DNA of 64,000 bases from Candidatus Fermentibacterota bacterium (GTDB lineage Bacteria > Fermentibacterota > Fermentibacteria > Fermentibacterales > JCC-6): contig CAWJQI010000004.1 of NCBI GenBank assembly GCA_963845085.1, positions 835,232 through 899,231 of the forward strand, given 5' to 3'. Below, piece by piece: positions 1-9,839 of the stretch; within the stretch, counting starts at the first letter, position 1; every line of letters begins with the position of its first letter. A program made the position numbers and the translations under genes. The notes under the pieces are model-generated. The model was not told where the DNA came from. It worked only from the letters and a program-made list of their open reading frames with translations, and searched no databases.

Positions 1-578
1 ATCCCCCTGAGGTCTGCTGCCGGGAGGGAGAGCAGAAAATTCGACATGTCTTCATGAACCTGCGACACCTTCATTCCGTGCATGAAAAGAAACGAGGGGT
101 CTCCCGGGCGGGCGCCCAGCATGAGATCCCGGGTGTGCGTCTCCTCCGGATCGAACCTTCTGCGAAGCATGTTCAGGAAGGGCTTTCTGTCGATCCTGCG
201 GTAGTGCCCGCGGATGACCGCGTCAGCACCGGAAAGACCGGCCTTCTCGATCTCTGCAAGGGTTTCAAGGGTTCTGGTGATGGTTTCGTCATCACCGTGA
301 AAGGCTGCAGAAAGAAGGCCGAACACATCGTACCGGAAGGCCGACAGATGCTGCCCGGCGGAGAGGCCGAAGACCTCAACCGCGGCATCAGGGTTTGCGG
401 GGTCGCGTTCGTACTCATCGGTTCCCAGCGGTTCGTACCAGTATCCGTTTATCTCCCGAAGCCTCTGAAGGGCGATCCCGCCCTTCAACTCCCCGCGAAG
501 CGCCGCTGCGAACCGGGTTCTTTCGCCGGTGTCCGACAGATACTCCTGAAACCGCTGTTCACGGATTTGTTCGTTCAT
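1..578 (-). CDS. Partial CDS (runs off the window), possibly the N-terminus of a long M29/leucyl aminopeptidase-like protein
   Basis: Read by hand: ATG at 578 with GAGGGG RBS, open to base 1 (MNEQIREQRFQEYL...RDLMLGARPGDPSFLFMHGMKVSQVHEDMSNFLLSLP). The family call is a recalled resemblance only. Confidence 0.5.
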   Translation of the reverse strand, partial: MNEQIREQRFQEYLSDTGERTRFAAALRGELKGGIALQRLREINGYWYEPLGTDEYERDPANPDAAVEVFGLSAGQHLSAFRYDVFGLLSAAFHGDDETITRTLETLAEIEKAGLSGADAVIRGHYRRIDRKPFLNMLRRRFDPEETHTRDLMLGARPGDPSFLFMHGMKVSQVHEDMSNFLLSLPAADLRG

Positions 579-588
579 TTTGCACCCC

Positions 589-2334
589 TCAGCGCTCGAG
601 TATTTCCATGCCCCGGATCACCCCGGCGTACTCGGGATTGTTCGCCAGAAGCTCCCGGTGGGTTCCCGTTGCAACATGCCTTCCCCTGTGCAGGAAGATA
701 ACCGAATCGCTCTGCTTGACAGTAGCCTCGCGGTGGGTTACGACAAAGGCGAGAGCCTTGTTGCCGCTCTCCCTGAACCTGCTCCAGAATTCGGCCTCCT
801 TGCCCGCATCGAGGGCCGCCGTGCAGTCATCGAGAAGGAGCAGCGACGGCACCCCCGCAAGAGCCCTGGCGATGGCCACCCTCTGGCGCTGCCCGCCGCT
901 GGCGCCGGTACCGCGCTGCCCGAGCATCTTGTCCCCCTGGAACTCCTCGGGTCTCACTCCTGCATCGAGAAGTGCCCTCTCGACATCGCAGTCCCTGAGG
1001 CGTTCCCTTCCGAAACGGACGTTGTCGGTCACGCTTTCTCCGAGAAGCAGGGATTCCTGGGGGACAAAGCCGATAGTGTCCCTCAGATCGGCGAGCCCTC
1101 TTGGCACGCCGTTGATCCGCATCTCGCCCTCGCTCACGGGAAGAAGGCCCGCAAGCATTTTGATCAGCGTGCTTTTCCCGGCGCCCACCTCGCCCACCAC
1201 GGCGACAACTCCCGGGGAACTCGCACAGAAGGTGACTCCAGATACGCCGCCATTTCCGTCATACACGAAACCGGCGTCCCTCATGACCACATCCGTCACC
1301 TTCGGGATCAGCTCGATGTGTGCGGGCTCCACCTTTTCGGGGAAGTTCTGTATCTCCCGCTCCCGCTCCACCGAGACGAAGGCCTGCCGGCTTGCGACAA
1401 AGAGGTTGGGGATGTCCATCATGGGTGCAAGGAGCATGTCGAGATAGACGTAGAATGCGTAGAAATCGCCGAGGCCGATGCTTCCCCTGATCACCATGAG
1501 CCCGCCCGCAAGCATCACGGTGACCTTTCCGACCTGTCCGATCAGGCCGTAGACGCCGTGAATGACCATCTCGAGCTTCGTCAGGGAGAGATCGATCTCG
1601 AACCTCTGGTTCAGAAGCCTGTGAAGTCTGGCAGCCAGCGGTTTCTCCGCCCTGTAGGCCTTGACTATCGCGATCCCGTCGAAGGTGCTGTCAAGCAGGT
1701 CGTTCGTGTGGCTGGTTGCCTTGCGGCTTTCCTCAACCCGCCTGCCTATGCGGTGCTCGACTGTGTAGAAGATGAACAGCATCACGGGAAGGGGGGCCAG
1801 AGCCAGCAGTGACAGCTTCCAGCTCATGAAGATCATCACCCCGAGGCAGAAAAGCAGCCTCGAGCCCGATTCCAGTGCCCTGAAAAATGCGCTGCAGGCG
1901 AACCAGGCAATGCGCGGGTAGTCGGTTATGTCCTCGGTGAGCCTGGTCGTGAGGTCGCCGGGGCGGAACGTGTTGAAAAACCTCCAGTCCTTTCTCATTA
2001 TGGACCGGAACACGTCGTCCCTCACACCCAGACCGATAACGCTGTTGATTATGCCTCTGGCCCCCGGATAGAATCCCGCAAGCAGTCTCGCCACGGCAAG
2101 ACCTGCGAGGACCAGGATGATTTTGGTGAACTGCGAGCTTTCGGGTGTGCCCAGCACGACCTCGACATTGTCCAGCAGGTACCTGAAGACCAGGGGGAAC
2201 CCCAGGGCCACTGCGCTCGAAAGGAGAGTGAAGATAAACAGCAGAACGAGGTACTTCCTTACCGGCCTCCAGTAGCGGAAGATCCAGCCGCAGTTGTCCC
2301 GCCAGATCCGTATCCTGTCATGCACTTTCCTCAC
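589..2334 (-). CDS. ABC exporter, permease plus ATP-binding subunit (heterodimer partner)
   Basis: N-terminal TM domain, Walker A GEVGAGKS, signature ASGGQRQR, degenerate Walker B LLLDD. Confidence 0.92.
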   Translation of the reverse strand: MRKVHDRIRIWRDNCGWIFRYWRPVRKYLVLLFIFTLLSSAVALGFPLVFRYLLDNVEVVLGTPESSQFTKIILVLAGLAVARLLAGFYPGARGIINSVIGLGVRDDVFRSIMRKDWRFFNTFRPGDLTTRLTEDITDYPRIAWFACSAFFRALESGSRLLFCLGVMIFMSWKLSLLALAPLPVMLFIFYTVEHRIGRRVEESRKATSHTNDLLDSTFDGIAIVKAYRAEKPLAARLHRLLNQRFEIDLSLTKLEMVIHGVYGLIGQVGKVTVMLAGGLMVIRGSIGLGDFYAFYVYLDMLLAPMMDIPNLFVASRQAFVSVEREREIQNFPEKVEPAHIELIPKVTDVVMRDAGFVYDGNGGVSGVTFCASSPGVVAVVGEVGAGKSTLIKMLAGLLPVSEGEMRINGVPRGLADLRDTIGFVPQESLLLGESVTDNVRFGRERLRDCDVERALLDAGVRPEEFQGDKMLGQRGTGASGGQRQRVAIARALAGVPSLLLLDDCTAALDAGKEAEFWSRFRESGNKALAFVVTHREATVKQSDSVIFLHRGRHVATGTHRELLANNPEYAGVIRGMEILER

Positions 2335-4107
2335 CCCCGAACTGCAGGGTGAACAGTGATGCGTAGACCCCGCCCTTCCGCATCAGTTCGGCGTGCGTTC
2401 CCTGCTCGACCAGAAGGCCACCCCGTATCACCATGATCACATCGGCGTGTATGATCGTTGAAAGCCTGTGCGCGACAACGAGAGCCGTACGCCCGGAAAG
2501 GGCCAGGTCCGTGGCGCGCTGAAGCTTCTGCTCGGTGCCGGGGTCCACAGACGACGTGGCTTCGTCGAGTACGAGGATGTCGGGCTTTCTGAGCACCGCC
2601 CGGGCTATGTTGACGAGCTGCCTCTGACCCATGGAGAGGTTTGCCCCCCCTCGCTTATCTCGCCGTCGAGGCCGCCGGGGATCCGTTCGAGCAGCTCCTG
2701 CGCCTCAATCCTTGAAAGCGCCTCTTCCTGCTCCTCCCGGCCGACCGATGGATCAAACACGGTGAGGTTGCCGGAAAGCGTGCCCGAGAAAAGGTTGACC
2801 TCCTGCAGCACCAGACCGATCCTGCTCCGCCAGGCATCGAGGGTAAAATCCCTGATGTCGGTGCCATCGAGGGTTATCCTGCCGCGGACGGGGTGGTAGA
2901 ACCTGAGCAGCAGGGCGACAATGGTGCTCTTGCCTCCGCCCGAGTCACCGACAAGTGCGACTGTTTCACCCCTGCGGATCACAAAGGACAACCCCCGGAT
3001 GACCCACTCCTCCCCGCTGTAGCTGAACCAGACGTCCTCGAAGCGGATCTCCCCCCAGTCCTTCGAAAGCTCTTCAGAGCCGAGGTGCCCGTCCGGAGTG
3101 AGGGTTTCCGTGCGGATCAGTTCCATCAGGCGGTCGCCCGAGGCAAGGGCCCGCTGCATCTCGTTGAGGGTCTCGCCGAACATCACGAGGGGGCCGAAAA
3201 GCCGCCTCGTGTACTCCACGAAAAGCACGACCGTGCCGACTGTAACCGTCCCGGCAACAACGCCGGGGCGTCCTGCGGTTAGGATGACGGCGACAGCGCC
3301 GATCTCGAGCGCTCCAAGAAAGCTCCAGAAGCCGTAGTCCCACAGGGTGGCCCTGATCTCCCTTTTAACGTACTGCGCGCCCAGCCGGTGTATCCGGGTT
3401 CGGGCGTAGCCGGTTGCGCCGAAGACCTGCATGACGGGGACCGCTCTGACGAACTCCGCGACCGAGCCCGATATCGAGGCGTAGGACCTTCGCAGGTCGC
3501 CCCAGAGCACCCTCATCTTCTTCAGCACCGGGATGGAGAGCAATGCCGCCGGAAGGACAATGAGCATCACCTTCAGGGTGATTCCCGCATCGGCGGTCAG
3601 CATGACGCCGACCGTGCCGAAGACCATGGCCGAGTTGCGAAGAAGGGCCATGCTGGTTTCGCTGAAGAGCATCCTTACGCGTTCCGCGTCACTTTCGACC
3701 CTGGACATGAGCCTGCCGGACGGGTTCTTGTTGAAGTAGGCCATGGAGAGCGTGAGCACATGATCGAACAGCTGCCTTTTGAGGTCCCGCACGACCGACA
3801 AACCGATCTTCGCCGCTATCATCACCTGAAGGTACGCGAGCGCCATTGTCGCGCCGAACACTCCGGCGAACATCAGGGAGTACCGAATTATCGCCCCGGT
3901 GTCCTTCTGTGGAACGGCCACGTCTATCACCTGCCTGAGGATGAGCGGGCCGGCCAGTTCTCCCGCGATGGCAAGAAGCAAAAGAACCACCGCCAGGGTG
4001 AACTGGGGCCAGTGGGGAAGGATCAGAGGGGCGAATTTCCTGAGAAGCGCAACCGATCCCGTGCGGACCTGGCTCTCTTCTTCTATCTCTTCAATGTAGG
4101 GGGGCAT
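2318..4107 (-). CDS. ABC exporter, permease plus ATP-binding subunit; frameshifted at the G7 tract 2644-2650
   Basis: ORF 2605-4107 (TMD, GDSGGGKS) plus ORF 2318-2632 (MGQRQL, LVLDEATS, VAHR); adding one G restores EGGANLSMGQRQL. Confidence 0.9.
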
Positions 4108-4179
4108 GGGATAAAACTCCGTTCAAACAAGGCTTGGGGGCAACTGGTACATGAGGAGGTGGACCGGGGCGGAACCGCC

Positions 4180-4209
4180 CTAGGAAAAAGGGTATCCTCC
4201 AAAAATCAT
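4180..4209 (-). CDS. Candidate leader peptide MIFGGYPFS upstream of the ABC exporter operon
   Basis: Strong SD AGGGAGGT (4216-4223) 6 nt before the ATG; embedded in nested inverted repeats. Confidence 0.55.
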   Translation of the reverse strand: MIFGGYPFS

Positions 4210-4358
4210 GTATGTACCTCCCTGTTGAACGAACCCGACAAAAATAAGACCGCTTGCGGAATCGTCAAGTTCCCCTCGCTCCATGACGAATACACGGGTT
4301 TTTGTATAATTGCCCCCGTCAGGCGGGTACTCCGCCAAAAAAAGCCCGGGAGGCGGCA

Positions 4359-5387
4359 ATGCACAGGATTCACCAGAAGTGCATCATTCCCAGTGCGGCG
4401 TTCACGATCCCACACGCCCGCATTCGGAGTTATCACCGGTTCGAGAAAGCTCCGGAAGTGGGCGACCTTGTCTTTGGAGAGATCAACTGCCTCGGGCAGC
4501 ACAGGCTTCTTGAAAGCGTTTCGAGCAGGCTTCACGCCCTGAACGACAAGACGCACGCGATATTTGTCTTCGGCAACCGCTACGCACCGGATTACTACGA
4601 GGCCTTCATCCCCGGGGAGTGGCAGGACGAGGTCGATCTGATCGCCCAGAGCGGCATCGTGGGCAACGCGGTTCACAGGAACGACAGGATCGCCGACCCG
4701 ACCCGGGTCAGGCTGCAGGGGTACGTGTGCGACGGCAACGGCGAGATACTCAACACCCGCAGGGGCAATCTCCTGACTCCGAGGCGCACCGTCAGAGAGG
4801 GCGGCAAGAGGGCGAAGCTGATCCTCTGCGTTGGCACCAGCATGAACAGCGGCAAGAGCCACGCGGCCGCAGCCTGCTGCTACGCACTCACATCGGTAGG
4901 CAGGAAGGTGAGGGCCGCCAAGGTCACCGGCACGGCCTGTCAGAAGGACATCCTTCTAATGCAGGACAACGGGGCGGACCATGTTGCGGATTTCTCCTAT
5001 CTCGGGCATCCCACCACCTACATGCTGTCCGAGGCCGAGCTGATGAACATCTTCACCGTTATCGACCTCAAGTACGGGAACAACCCGGCCAACTACCTGG
5101 TGCTCGAATTCGCCGACGGAATACTTCAGCGCGAGACGGCAATGCTGCTTCATAACCCGCTTGTGCTCAGCAGGATACACAAGGTGGTGTTCTGTGCGCA
5201 GGATGCCTTCGGCGCCATCGGCGGGGTCAGGGTGCTCAAGGAGAGGTTCGGCCTTGTGCCGGCGGCCATCAGCGGTGTCTGTTCCAGCTCTCCCCTGGCG
5301 CTCCGCGAGCTTTCCGAATTCACTGAAATACCGATTCTTTTCAGCGCACAGCGCGACTACAAGGCTATCCATGAGTTGATAAGCTAG
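4359..5387 (+). CDS. DUF1611-family P-loop protein
   Basis: GNRYAPDYYEA, GTSMNSGKS, AKVTGTA..KD and LEFADGILQRET motifs; GGAGG RBS; TATAAT at about 4306. Confidence 0.75.
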   Translation: MHRIHQKCIIPSAAFTIPHARIRSYHRFEKAPEVGDLVFGEINCLGQHRLLESVSSRLHALNDKTHAIFVFGNRYAPDYYEAFIPGEWQDEVDLIAQSGIVGNAVHRNDRIADPTRVRLQGYVCDGNGEILNTRRGNLLTPRRTVREGGKRAKLILCVGTSMNSGKSHAAAACCYALTSVGRKVRAAKVTGTACQKDILLMQDNGADHVADFSYLGHPTTYMLSEAELMNIFTVIDLKYGNNPANYLVLEFADGILQRETAMLLHNPLVLSRIHKVVFCAQDAFGAIGGVRVLKERFGLVPAAISGVCSSSPLALRELSEFTEIPILFSAQRDYKAIHELIS

Positions 5388-5414
5388 GGGCGGAACCCTT
5401 TCGGATCCCGCCCC
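5387..5414. terminator. Hairpin between convergent genes
   Basis: GGGGCGG...CCGCCCC stem. Confidence 0.55.
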
Positions 5415-5432
5415 GCGTCAATGCTCTGAGAA

Positions 5433-7082
5433 CTACCCCAGAATCTCTTTCAGGTCTTCCTCCGGTGTCGTCACCGGAGCGATCCCGAAGGTGTTCACCA
5501 GAACGCCGAGGGTTGCAGGGGTGAGACATGCGGGAAGGCTTGGGCCAAGCTTGATGTTCGTGATGCCGAGGTGCAGAAGTGTCAGCAGTATTGCGACCGC
5601 CTTCTGTTCGTACCAGGAAAGTATCATGCTGAGCGGAAGGTCGTTGACCCCCACGCCGAATGCGTCGGCGAGGGCCGATGCTATCACGATGGCTGAGTAG
5701 GCGTCGTTGCACTGCCCCACGTCGAGAAGTCTGGGAATGCCGCCGATATCGCCGAAGTCGAGCTTGTTGAACCTGTATTTGCCGCATGCGAGCGTGAGGA
5801 TCACGCAATCCTGCGGTACGGCCTTTGCGAAATCGGTGTAGTAGTTCCTGCCGCTCTTGGCCCCGTCGCAGCCGCCGACAAGGAAGAAGTGACGGATGGC
5901 GCCCGCCTTTACGGCGTCTATCACCTTTCCGGCGACAGAGAGCACGGCGTTCCTGCCGAAGCCCACAGTGATGAACTTCTCAGGTTCGGTCTCGGCGAAG
6001 CCGGGGGCCGAAAGCGCCGCGTCGATCACGGGCTTGAAGTTCTTGTCGGCTATGTGCCTGACACCCGGGAACGCCACCAGTCCGGTGGTGAAGATGCGGT
6101 CGATGTACGTATCCCTCGGCTTCTGGATGCAGTTGGTGGTCATCAGAATTGCGCCCGGGAACTGGTCGAACTCCTTCTGCTGGTCCTGCCAGGCGCCGCC
6201 GTAGTTGCCGGCGAGGTGGGGGTATTTCTTCAGCCCCGGATATGCGTTGCAGGGCAGCATCTCGCCGTGGGTGTAGACATTTATGCCCTTGCCCTCGGTC
6301 TGCTTCAGGATCATCTCAAGGTCCTTGAGATCGTGCCCGGAAAGAAGGATGGCTTTCCCCTTGAGGGGTGTGATCCTGACCCGAGTCGGCTCGGGGTGGC
6401 CGTAGCTTCCGGTGTTTGCCTCGTCAAGAAGCTTCATCGCGCCCAGGTTTGCCTCGCCGCAGGAAAGGCAGAGCTGCGTCAGGGCGCCGGCGTCGCTTTC
6501 CTCGCGGGCCAGGGCTTCCAATGCCTTGTGGAAGAACCCCGAGACCTTGTCATCGTCCTTTCCCAGCACGTGAGCGTGGTCCATGTAGGCAGCCGCGCCC
6601 TTGAGACCGTATGTGAGCAGTTCCTGAAGACCGGCGGCATCGTCGCCGTACTTCTCCCGCCGCGACATGATCCCGATCGTCCTGCCCTGCGAAAGCATTC
6701 CCTGCATTTCGGGCGCAGGCATGAAAAGCGCATGCGGGGGAACCGCGGAGGGCTTCAGCCCGCTCTTCCCGCAGGCTGTTTCGTACATTTCGCGGGCCCT
6801 TTCCCTCGCGGTGACCACCTTCCCTATCACTTCCACCACCCGCTCGGGGTGGAAGTTGACGTTGGTGATGGTTGTGAAAAGGGCTTCAGAGGTTACGGAG
6901 TTCAGACCCGGGTCGGTTCTGCCCATCTCCCTCGCCCTGTGGGCGTAGACACCGAGCCCCTTCGTTACGTAGAGAAGAAGGTCCTGAAGGGTTGCCGTTG
7001 CGGAATCCTTTCCGCAGACCCCCTGCACGGTGCACCCGGTTCCCCTTGCCGTCTGTTCGCACTGGTAGCAGAACATGTCCAT
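5433..7082 (-). CDS. hcp: Hydroxylamine reductase (hybrid cluster protein)
   Basis: MFCYQCEQT..GCT..GVCGK, SGHDLKDL, YTHGEMLP, GGCDG, DVGQCND, SWYEQKAV. Confidence 0.97.
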   Translation of the reverse strand: MDMFCYQCEQTARGTGCTVQGVCGKDSATATLQDLLLYVTKGLGVYAHRAREMGRTDPGLNSVTSEALFTTITNVNFHPERVVEVIGKVVTARERAREMYETACGKSGLKPSAVPPHALFMPAPEMQGMLSQGRTIGIMSRREKYGDDAAGLQELLTYGLKGAAAYMDHAHVLGKDDDKVSGFFHKALEALAREESDAGALTQLCLSCGEANLGAMKLLDEANTGSYGHPEPTRVRITPLKGKAILLSGHDLKDLEMILKQTEGKGINVYTHGEMLPCNAYPGLKKYPHLAGNYGGAWQDQQKEFDQFPGAILMTTNCIQKPRDTYIDRIFTTGLVAFPGVRHIADKNFKPVIDAALSAPGFAETEPEKFITVGFGRNAVLSVAGKVIDAVKAGAIRHFFLVGGCDGAKSGRNYYTDFAKAVPQDCVILTLACGKYRFNKLDFGDIGGIPRLLDVGQCNDAYSAIVIASALADAFGVGVNDLPLSMILSWYEQKAVAILLTLLHLGITNIKLGPSLPACLTPATLGVLVNTFGIAPVTTPEEDLKEILG

Positions 7083-7096
7083 CTTCGGTTCCCCTT

Positions 7097-7741
7097 TCAT
7101 TTCAGGCGTCCGTCAACGCCTATGGTAATGATGCGCAATGGAATGCTTTTCCCCGACGCTTTCAGGGCCGCCTCGGCAAGCCGTGCCATCCCCGTGCAGC
7201 ACGGAACTTCCATGATCGCGACAGTAAGGCTTCTGATATCGTTGTTGCGAAGTATGCCGGTGAGCTTTTCAAGGTAGCCCGAGGTGTCATCGAGCTTGGG
7301 GCAGGCTATGATGAGCTTTCTGCCCCTTAGAAGGCTGTCGTGAAAGCCCGGAAAGGCCGGCGGTACGCAGTCCGCAGCGATCAGCAGTTCTGCGCCATCC
7401 CAGAATGGGGCGTTCACGGGAACCAGGTGGAGCTGGATGGGCCATTGCTCGAAATGCGAGCCTGAGCCACCGGCCTTCGAACGCACCATCGAACCGGGAC
7501 AACCCGATCCGTGCTTTGGCTGGGGCTCTTCAAGGCTGAAGGGATCGGCCTCCCTTTCCTCAATCGTGATGGCTCCCTGCGGGCACACTCCGAGGCAGGC
7601 CCCGAGGCCGTCGCAGTAGCTGTCCTTTACAAGCCTCGCCTTGCCGTCGATTACCCTGAGCGCGCCCTCAACGCACCCCGGAACACACTGACCGCAGCCG
7701 TCGCACTTTTCCTCGTCGATCTTCACTATGCTGCGCTTCAC
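7097..7741 (-). CDS. 4Fe-4S ferredoxin-domain protein associated with hcp
   Basis: CDGCGQCVPGC and CDGLGACLGVCP; QWPIQL, AADC, CPKLD, MEVPCC. Confidence 0.88.
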   Translation of the reverse strand: MKRSIVKIDEEKCDGCGQCVPGCVEGALRVIDGKARLVKDSYCDGLGACLGVCPQGAITIEEREADPFSLEEPQPKHGSGCPGSMVRSKAGGSGSHFEQWPIQLHLVPVNAPFWDGAELLIAADCVPPAFPGFHDSLLRGRKLIIACPKLDDTSGYLEKLTGILRNNDIRSLTVAIMEVPCCTGMARLAEAALKASGKSIPLRIITIGVDGRLK

Positions 7742-8163
7742 GCCCCCCTCCTTCCAGAGCCGGCTGCAAATCCGGAGATGGTCCTTCCGGAAAGGTGCCG
7801 TCTCACAACTTCGTCAACCTCCGAAAGCATTCCGCCGAGAAGGCACCCCTCAGGCGGACAGTGGCTTTTCTGGAAAAGGCATGTGTCGGTTCCCAGGGGT
7901 CCGTCCAGAGCCTCGTACACCGAAAGAAGGGTGATGAGGGCGGGGTCTCCGGCGATCCTGTGGCCGCCTCCGGGGCCACGCACCGACCTTACCAGACCTG
8001 TCTTCACAAGCCGCTGCATGACCTTGCGGGTGTGGTTCTCACTCACGCCGAAAGAATCGGCTATTTCTCTGCTGGTGACAGGAACGTCACCCGAACCCGC
8101 CATGAGGATCATTGCGTGAATGCCTATTGAGGCAGCCTCTGAGAATTTGAGTACACCAGCCAT
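7738..8163 (-). CDS. Rrf2 family transcriptional regulator
   Basis: SEAASIGIHAM, SVRGPGGG, C-terminal Cys triad (CLF..SHC...C). Confidence 0.9.
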   Translation of the reverse strand: MAGVLKFSEAASIGIHAMILMAGSGDVPVTSREIADSFGVSENHTRKVMQRLVKTGLVRSVRGPGGGHRIAGDPALITLLSVYEALDGPLGTDTCLFQKSHCPPEGCLLGGMLSEVDEVVRRHLSGRTISGFAAGSGRRGA

Positions 8164-8183
8164 GCCTCGCCCTTCATTGTTGT

Positions 8184-8207
8184 ATAGAGGTACCATAATA
8201 CCACTAT
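8184..8207. promoter_or_regulatory. Putative Rrf2 operator
   Basis: ATAGAGGTA-N6-TACCACTAT inverted repeat (8/9 match) just upstream of the Rrf2 start. Confidence 0.6.
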
Positions 8208-8241
8208 TCAGGCAACGTCAAGTCTGCTCCGAACCCGGAGT

Positions 8242-9201
8242 TCATGGGAGCCTGATGTTCATCCCGGCGGCTTCCTCGGGTGAGAGAGGCGAGGCTTCGA
8301 ACTCCTCCCCTGTATCGGAAACGACGGTGACGTTCATCCCGCCCTTCGTGTACAGGGCCATGAGTCGGGCAAGAGTTCTCATGTTCTCATCCCCGTGTGG
8401 GCCGATGAGAAGCCCAAGGGGACCCGGAATTTCCGAAAGCCTCATAAAGACACCGGAACGGCTTCCGAGAAGCCGCTGGTTGTCGGCGTCGGATCTTCCA
8501 ACAAGCGCAACCGCTCCTCCAAGGTCGAACATCCTTCCGGCCCTTATCGCACGGGCCGACTCGGGATCGAGCAGCCCGTGTCTTTTCAGCACAGCCAGCC
8601 GCATCGAGTAGCCGGGATCGGTCAGCAGGCATCCCCCGGCAGGAGCCGGGATCCTGGCCAAGCCGATGTCCCGGGCCATTGCCAACTGGGGTTTCCTGCT
8701 TCTGCCTTCAAGCCCCAGAAGACGCCGTCTGTCCACCATGCCGGTCTCCTCCATCATGGTGGGTTCCATGAGAAGCGCGGAGAGAGGCCTCAGGAGCCTG
8801 CCTTCGGAGCAGGAGAGGTTTTTTACACGGTTCAGGCTTCCCCGATTCTGACTCATCGGGCGCTGCCCCAGAACCTCCCCGGAGAAGATAAAGTCGAATT
8901 CCTCCTGCTCTGCAATCTTCCAGAGGAGTCTGAACATCGCGGCATGGCAGTCCACACAGGGGTTCATGTGGCTGCCGAAGCCGGAGGGGGGGTTGTCGAG
9001 CAAAGTCATGATCTCATTCGTGAAATCCACCCGCCGCCATGGTGCCCCGATGAGCGCTGCGCCTTCCCTGCCCTGCGCGGACGAGAAGAAGGGGCTGGCA
9101 AAGGTTGCGAGATGAACGTCGATCCCCTGGTCCATGAGCAGCCTCGCGGCCAGAAGGCCGTCCAGCCCGCCGCTGAACGCTCCGAGCGCTCTGGTCTTCA
9201 T
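8242..9201 (-). CDS. ThiI/MnmA-related tRNA sulfurtransferase-like PP-loop protein
   Basis: FSGGLD PP-loop, NPCVDCH, GEVLGQRPMSQ, LLRPLSA, PAPAGGCLLTDP. Confidence 0.85.
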   Translation of the reverse strand: MKTRALGAFSGGLDGLLAARLLMDQGIDVHLATFASPFFSSAQGREGAALIGAPWRRVDFTNEIMTLLDNPPSGFGSHMNPCVDCHAAMFRLLWKIAEQEEFDFIFSGEVLGQRPMSQNRGSLNRVKNLSCSEGRLLRPLSALLMEPTMMEETGMVDRRRLLGLEGRSRKPQLAMARDIGLARIPAPAGGCLLTDPGYSMRLAVLKRHGLLDPESARAIRAGRMFDLGGAVALVGRSDADNQRLLGSRSGVFMRLSEIPGPLGLLIGPHGDENMRTLARLMALYTKGGMNVTVVSDTGEEFEASPLSPEEAAGMNIRLP

Positions 9202-9839
9202 TCCAGAACTTTCCAGCCCTTTTTCGCGGCGAGAGATGCCATCCGCCTGCCCGGGCGAACCGCGACTGCCTGCCCGCAGAACTCAAGGAGCAGCCGGTCG
9301 GAGAATGAGTCGCCAAGAGCGAGGGTATCAGTTGGCGAAACACCCTCCCTGTCCATGATGATCCTGGCCAGGTCCACTTTGACACCGCCCCACGGGCGCG
9401 GGCCCACTGTGCGCCCCGTGCAGTACCCGTCGTCGACTTCCGGAATGCTCGCCGAGAAACCATGAAAGCCGTTGGCGACAGACATCTCCCTGACCAGCGG
9501 CTCGATGGATGCGGATACGAGATACAGCCTGGCGCCTTCGTCAAGGCAGCTTGTCAGATAGTTTTTCACTTCGGGGCGCACTGAAAGCTGCAGCCTTGCG
9601 GCGAGCCTGTTGCAGGCCTTGGCGACCAGTTCGGCCGAAAGTCCGCGAAGGTATGCACGGTTCCAGCCCCTTCCCTCGCGCAGGGTCCTGACGGGGTGAA
9701 GCAGGTACCCGCAGAGAAATGCAAAAAGACGCACAGGGGAAATGGACCTCTCGCGCAAAAGCATTCCCAGAAGCTCCCTCTCGCTGGAACAGCCGATAAG
9801 CGTCCAGTCGAGGTCGCAGATTACGAGGCGGATGCTCAA
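9198..9839 (-). CDS. HAD-IB family hydrolase
   Basis: CDLDWTL, LVSAS, K, GDSFSD motifs. Confidence 0.85.
   Translation of the reverse strand: MSIRLVICDLDWTLIGCSSERELLGMLLRERSISPVRLFAFLCGYLLHPVRTLREGRGWNRAYLRGLSAELVAKACNRLAARLQLSVRPEVKNYLTSCLDEGARLYLVSASIEPLVREMSVANGFHGFSASIPEVDDGYCTGRTVGPRPWGGVKVDLARIIMDREGVSPTDTLALGDSFSDRLLLEFCGQAVAVRPGRRMASLAAKKGWKVLE

Noticed and set aside
54..7277. Long antisense ORFs (54-701, 395-1447, 580-1812, 3388-4542, 5889-7277 and similar ones elsewhere)
   Set aside because: These are shadow frames opposite well-supported genes in GC-rich DNA and have no recognisable motifs.
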